In this document: in pieces, positions 61,718-64,000 of the stretch | Layout of the letters: each line of letters starts with the position of its first letter | Position numbering within the stretch: position 1 is the first letter of the stretch | The notes under the pieces: model-generated | Told to the model about the DNA's origin: nothing | The model's database searches: none | Seen by the model: the letters and a program-made list of their open reading frames with translations, nothing else | NCBI GenBank assembly: GCA_030390025.1 | Contig: CM059431.1 | Location: forward strand, 113,214,001-113,278,000 | Length of the DNA: 64,000 nucleotides | Reading direction: 5' to 3' | Source: Squalus acanthias | Lineage: Eukaryota | Program-made: the position numbers and the translations under genes

Positions 61718-61868
61718 TTGAAAATTTCAAAATTGAGATTGATAGGCAAGGGTATTAAGGGTTACAAATTCAATACAGGTAGATGGAGTTACGATTCAGA
61801 TCAGCCATGATCTAATTGAATGATGGAACAGGCTCGAGGGGCTGAATGGCCTACTCCTGTTCCTATGC
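61718..61868 (+). mobile_element. CR1 3' UTR fragment
   Basis: GATCAGCCATGATCTAATTGAATG..CAGGCTCGAGGGGCTGAATGGCCTACTCCTGTTCCTATG. Confidence 0.8.
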
Positions 61869-63044
61869 TCCTTAGTACAACATCAGGCACTACATTAGCT
61901 CACTAATCCATTAGGAGAGCAAGGCAAAACAAAGGATCTTAATGAAGCCTTTTTGTCCCTTGGAACCTATATCTACTCTAACTAAATCTAATATTCTGTG
62001 GCGTATGCACGATTATTTTTGGTAATCACAAGAGTTAACTCCAATTAATTCAAAATTGTTTTTTGCACTTAAAGAAATTAAATTATCCAGTAATTAGAAT
62101 TAAGCGACTTTGATTTAAAAGGAGTACACTGTATTTTTTGTTTAAGAGTAATTCAGCTGATAGTCAAGTGCTCAAATGAATGAGCAATTGGCTTCAAACA
62201 GCAATTATGGATTTGAGTCACTTGATCTCATTTACCTGAGCTCGGTCAATGTTTGTTTGGCCAATTTTTGTTAGCCAGTCATGACATAAAAGGGAAATGT
62301 GTTGTGGGAAACAGAAGCTGATGCCTGGCTTGAACTGAACTGCTTAGCAGACAATGACAGGGTAGAATTGATGGAGGTCACGGAGATGTCTGTGATCCTC
62401 TCATCCTGGCCTCTTGTGGTGAGCAGACTGCAAAAGGGGAGAGTTATAAGGAGGAAAAAAAAATTTTAAACCTATTTTCAGCTGTATTAATAGCACTGTG
62501 CATTTGTGGTTATGCAAATGTGTTTGAGCGGAAACCTGAACCAAAACTTCATTTCAGAAAAGTAGCAATTTGAGCCCCGATTGCCGATTGTGCCCAGAGC
62601 AGAAACTCTACCCCATTATATTTAATGATTTTCTTATTAAGAATATTGTATAGGAACCAGCTGAATTGTCTTCTAACAGAAGTAAGAATGACAATTCAGA
62701 ACAATTTAGTGATTAGATTCAGGGCCCTCCTTTGTAAATTTAAGATGCATATATATCAATCTTCAGTGTGTCCTGTTCACAGTGTTTGGGGCTCAGTCAG
62801 TGTGTCACCACTTTCTGACATAAATCAGCATGCACTGAGCTCTGTCTCCTCAGTACTACTACTCCTGTCTTTCCTACTCTTAGTCTCACCCGCGCGGACC
62901 AGAGTTGAGGTGATAATGCACCAGACCAATGCCACTAATGACAGTGATATCAGCTGCTGTACACCTTCTTGTGAAGGGGAGGACTTTTGGCTTTTGCTGG
63001 ATGGATGAATTAGGATATGCTGAATGGTCTTCCTCATCTGTAAT

Positions 63045-63231
63045 AACAACAGAAAACGCTGGATAAACTCAGCAGGCCAGGCAGCATCCGTGGAGAGAGA
63101 AACAGAGTTAACGTTTCAGGTCGAAGACCTTTCGTCAGAACTGGAAAAAAGCAGGAAATGGAATAGATTTTAAAGCAAGTTTAGGGGCTGGGAAAAGGGG
63201 GAGGGGATGAAAGAACAAAAGGGAAGGTCAG
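63045..63231 (-). mobile_element. single-arm Penelope pLTR fragment
   Basis: 15-bp TSD TTCCTCATCTGTAAT (63030-63044, 63232-63246); homologous to 23442-23620. Confidence 0.9.
63106..63142 (-). ncRNA. minimal type I hammerhead ribozyme
   Basis: AGTT CTGACGA A AGGTC TTC GACCT GAAAC GTT AACT on the minus strand. Confidence 0.75.
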
Positions 63232-64000
63232 TTCCTCATCTGTAATTATCTTGAGATTTTGCGACATGTCCAGAGAGGATTGGTGGGCAATAAATGCGAA
63301 CCCTGAGGTGAGGATTGGTGCTTATGTAATATTTCAGGTCCAGTTGCACCTTTTTTTTGTCCTCTCAGAAACTGATAATCTTCCAAACCTGGAGCGTTCT
63401 TGGAACTCCTTCAAAAACGTCATTGAACCCCCAAAGGAATACCCATCCTGCCCACTTTGGTTGTTGCAAGGGAAATAACTAGATGTAAAATTTGGATTTG
63501 GAAATAAAAGTCTCACAGTGCAATAAAATGAGGCCTAAACAGCAACAAAAATTAATACGCCAATAAAATGCAGATAAAGAAAAAGAAAACCTTGCATTTA
63601 TATAGCGCTTTTCACGACCACCAGATGTCCAAAAACGCATTACAGCCAATTGGCCTGTTTCATATCGGGTGCCTGAGCTGACATGTCTGATTTCCAACCC
63701 GAGCTTGCCCTCCTTGAGAATTGCAACTGCCAGCATGGCCTCACAAAATCAGGGCTAGGAAGTTTAAATAAATGTTCCCACTAATTTACATTAATCATAA
63801 GCTGCGGCTACCAACAGATCCAAGAACTTCTGATCGAGGATTTATCTCACAGTGAGGCTTGAACACTATGGACAGCCCTTTATAAACCTATAGGCCTACA
63901 GAATTCAAACATGCCAAGCTGGCGAGTAAGAACTGCAAGTCCAAGTAGAGCTGAGTTGTCTGAGGTTCATGGACCAGATCGCTATTATTTCACATGGCCA

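Overview
Vertebrate, repeat-dominated DNA with no recognisable host protein-coding exon. The repeat set (V-domain HE1-like SINE, Deu-domain SacSINE1-like SINEs, CR1 with esterase ORF1, L2, Penelope, Vingi-like) points to a cartilaginous fish, probably a shark; this is an inference. The window is a hotspot of PIF/Harbinger DNA transposons. Three full-length two-gene elements (8365-12566, 25219-29464, 31934-36011) each have TIRs, a 3-bp TSD, a DDE transposase and a convergent 3-exon Myb/SANT gene. The third looks completely intact. Their deletion derivatives/MITEs and older decayed copies are present too, several of them nested. Other notable items: (1) Penelope-like fold-back insertions carrying minimal hammerhead ribozyme motifs, including a 439-bp inverted repeat with a 14-bp TSD and a 235-bp hairpin with two back-to-back hammerheads; (2) the 3' half of a histone H1 gene, with stem-loop, HDE and downstream flank, inserted in a Harbinger Myb gene; (3) a near full-length CR1 split by an HE1-like SINE, with the intact Harbinger inserted in its 3' tail. 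All alignments and counts were done by eye.
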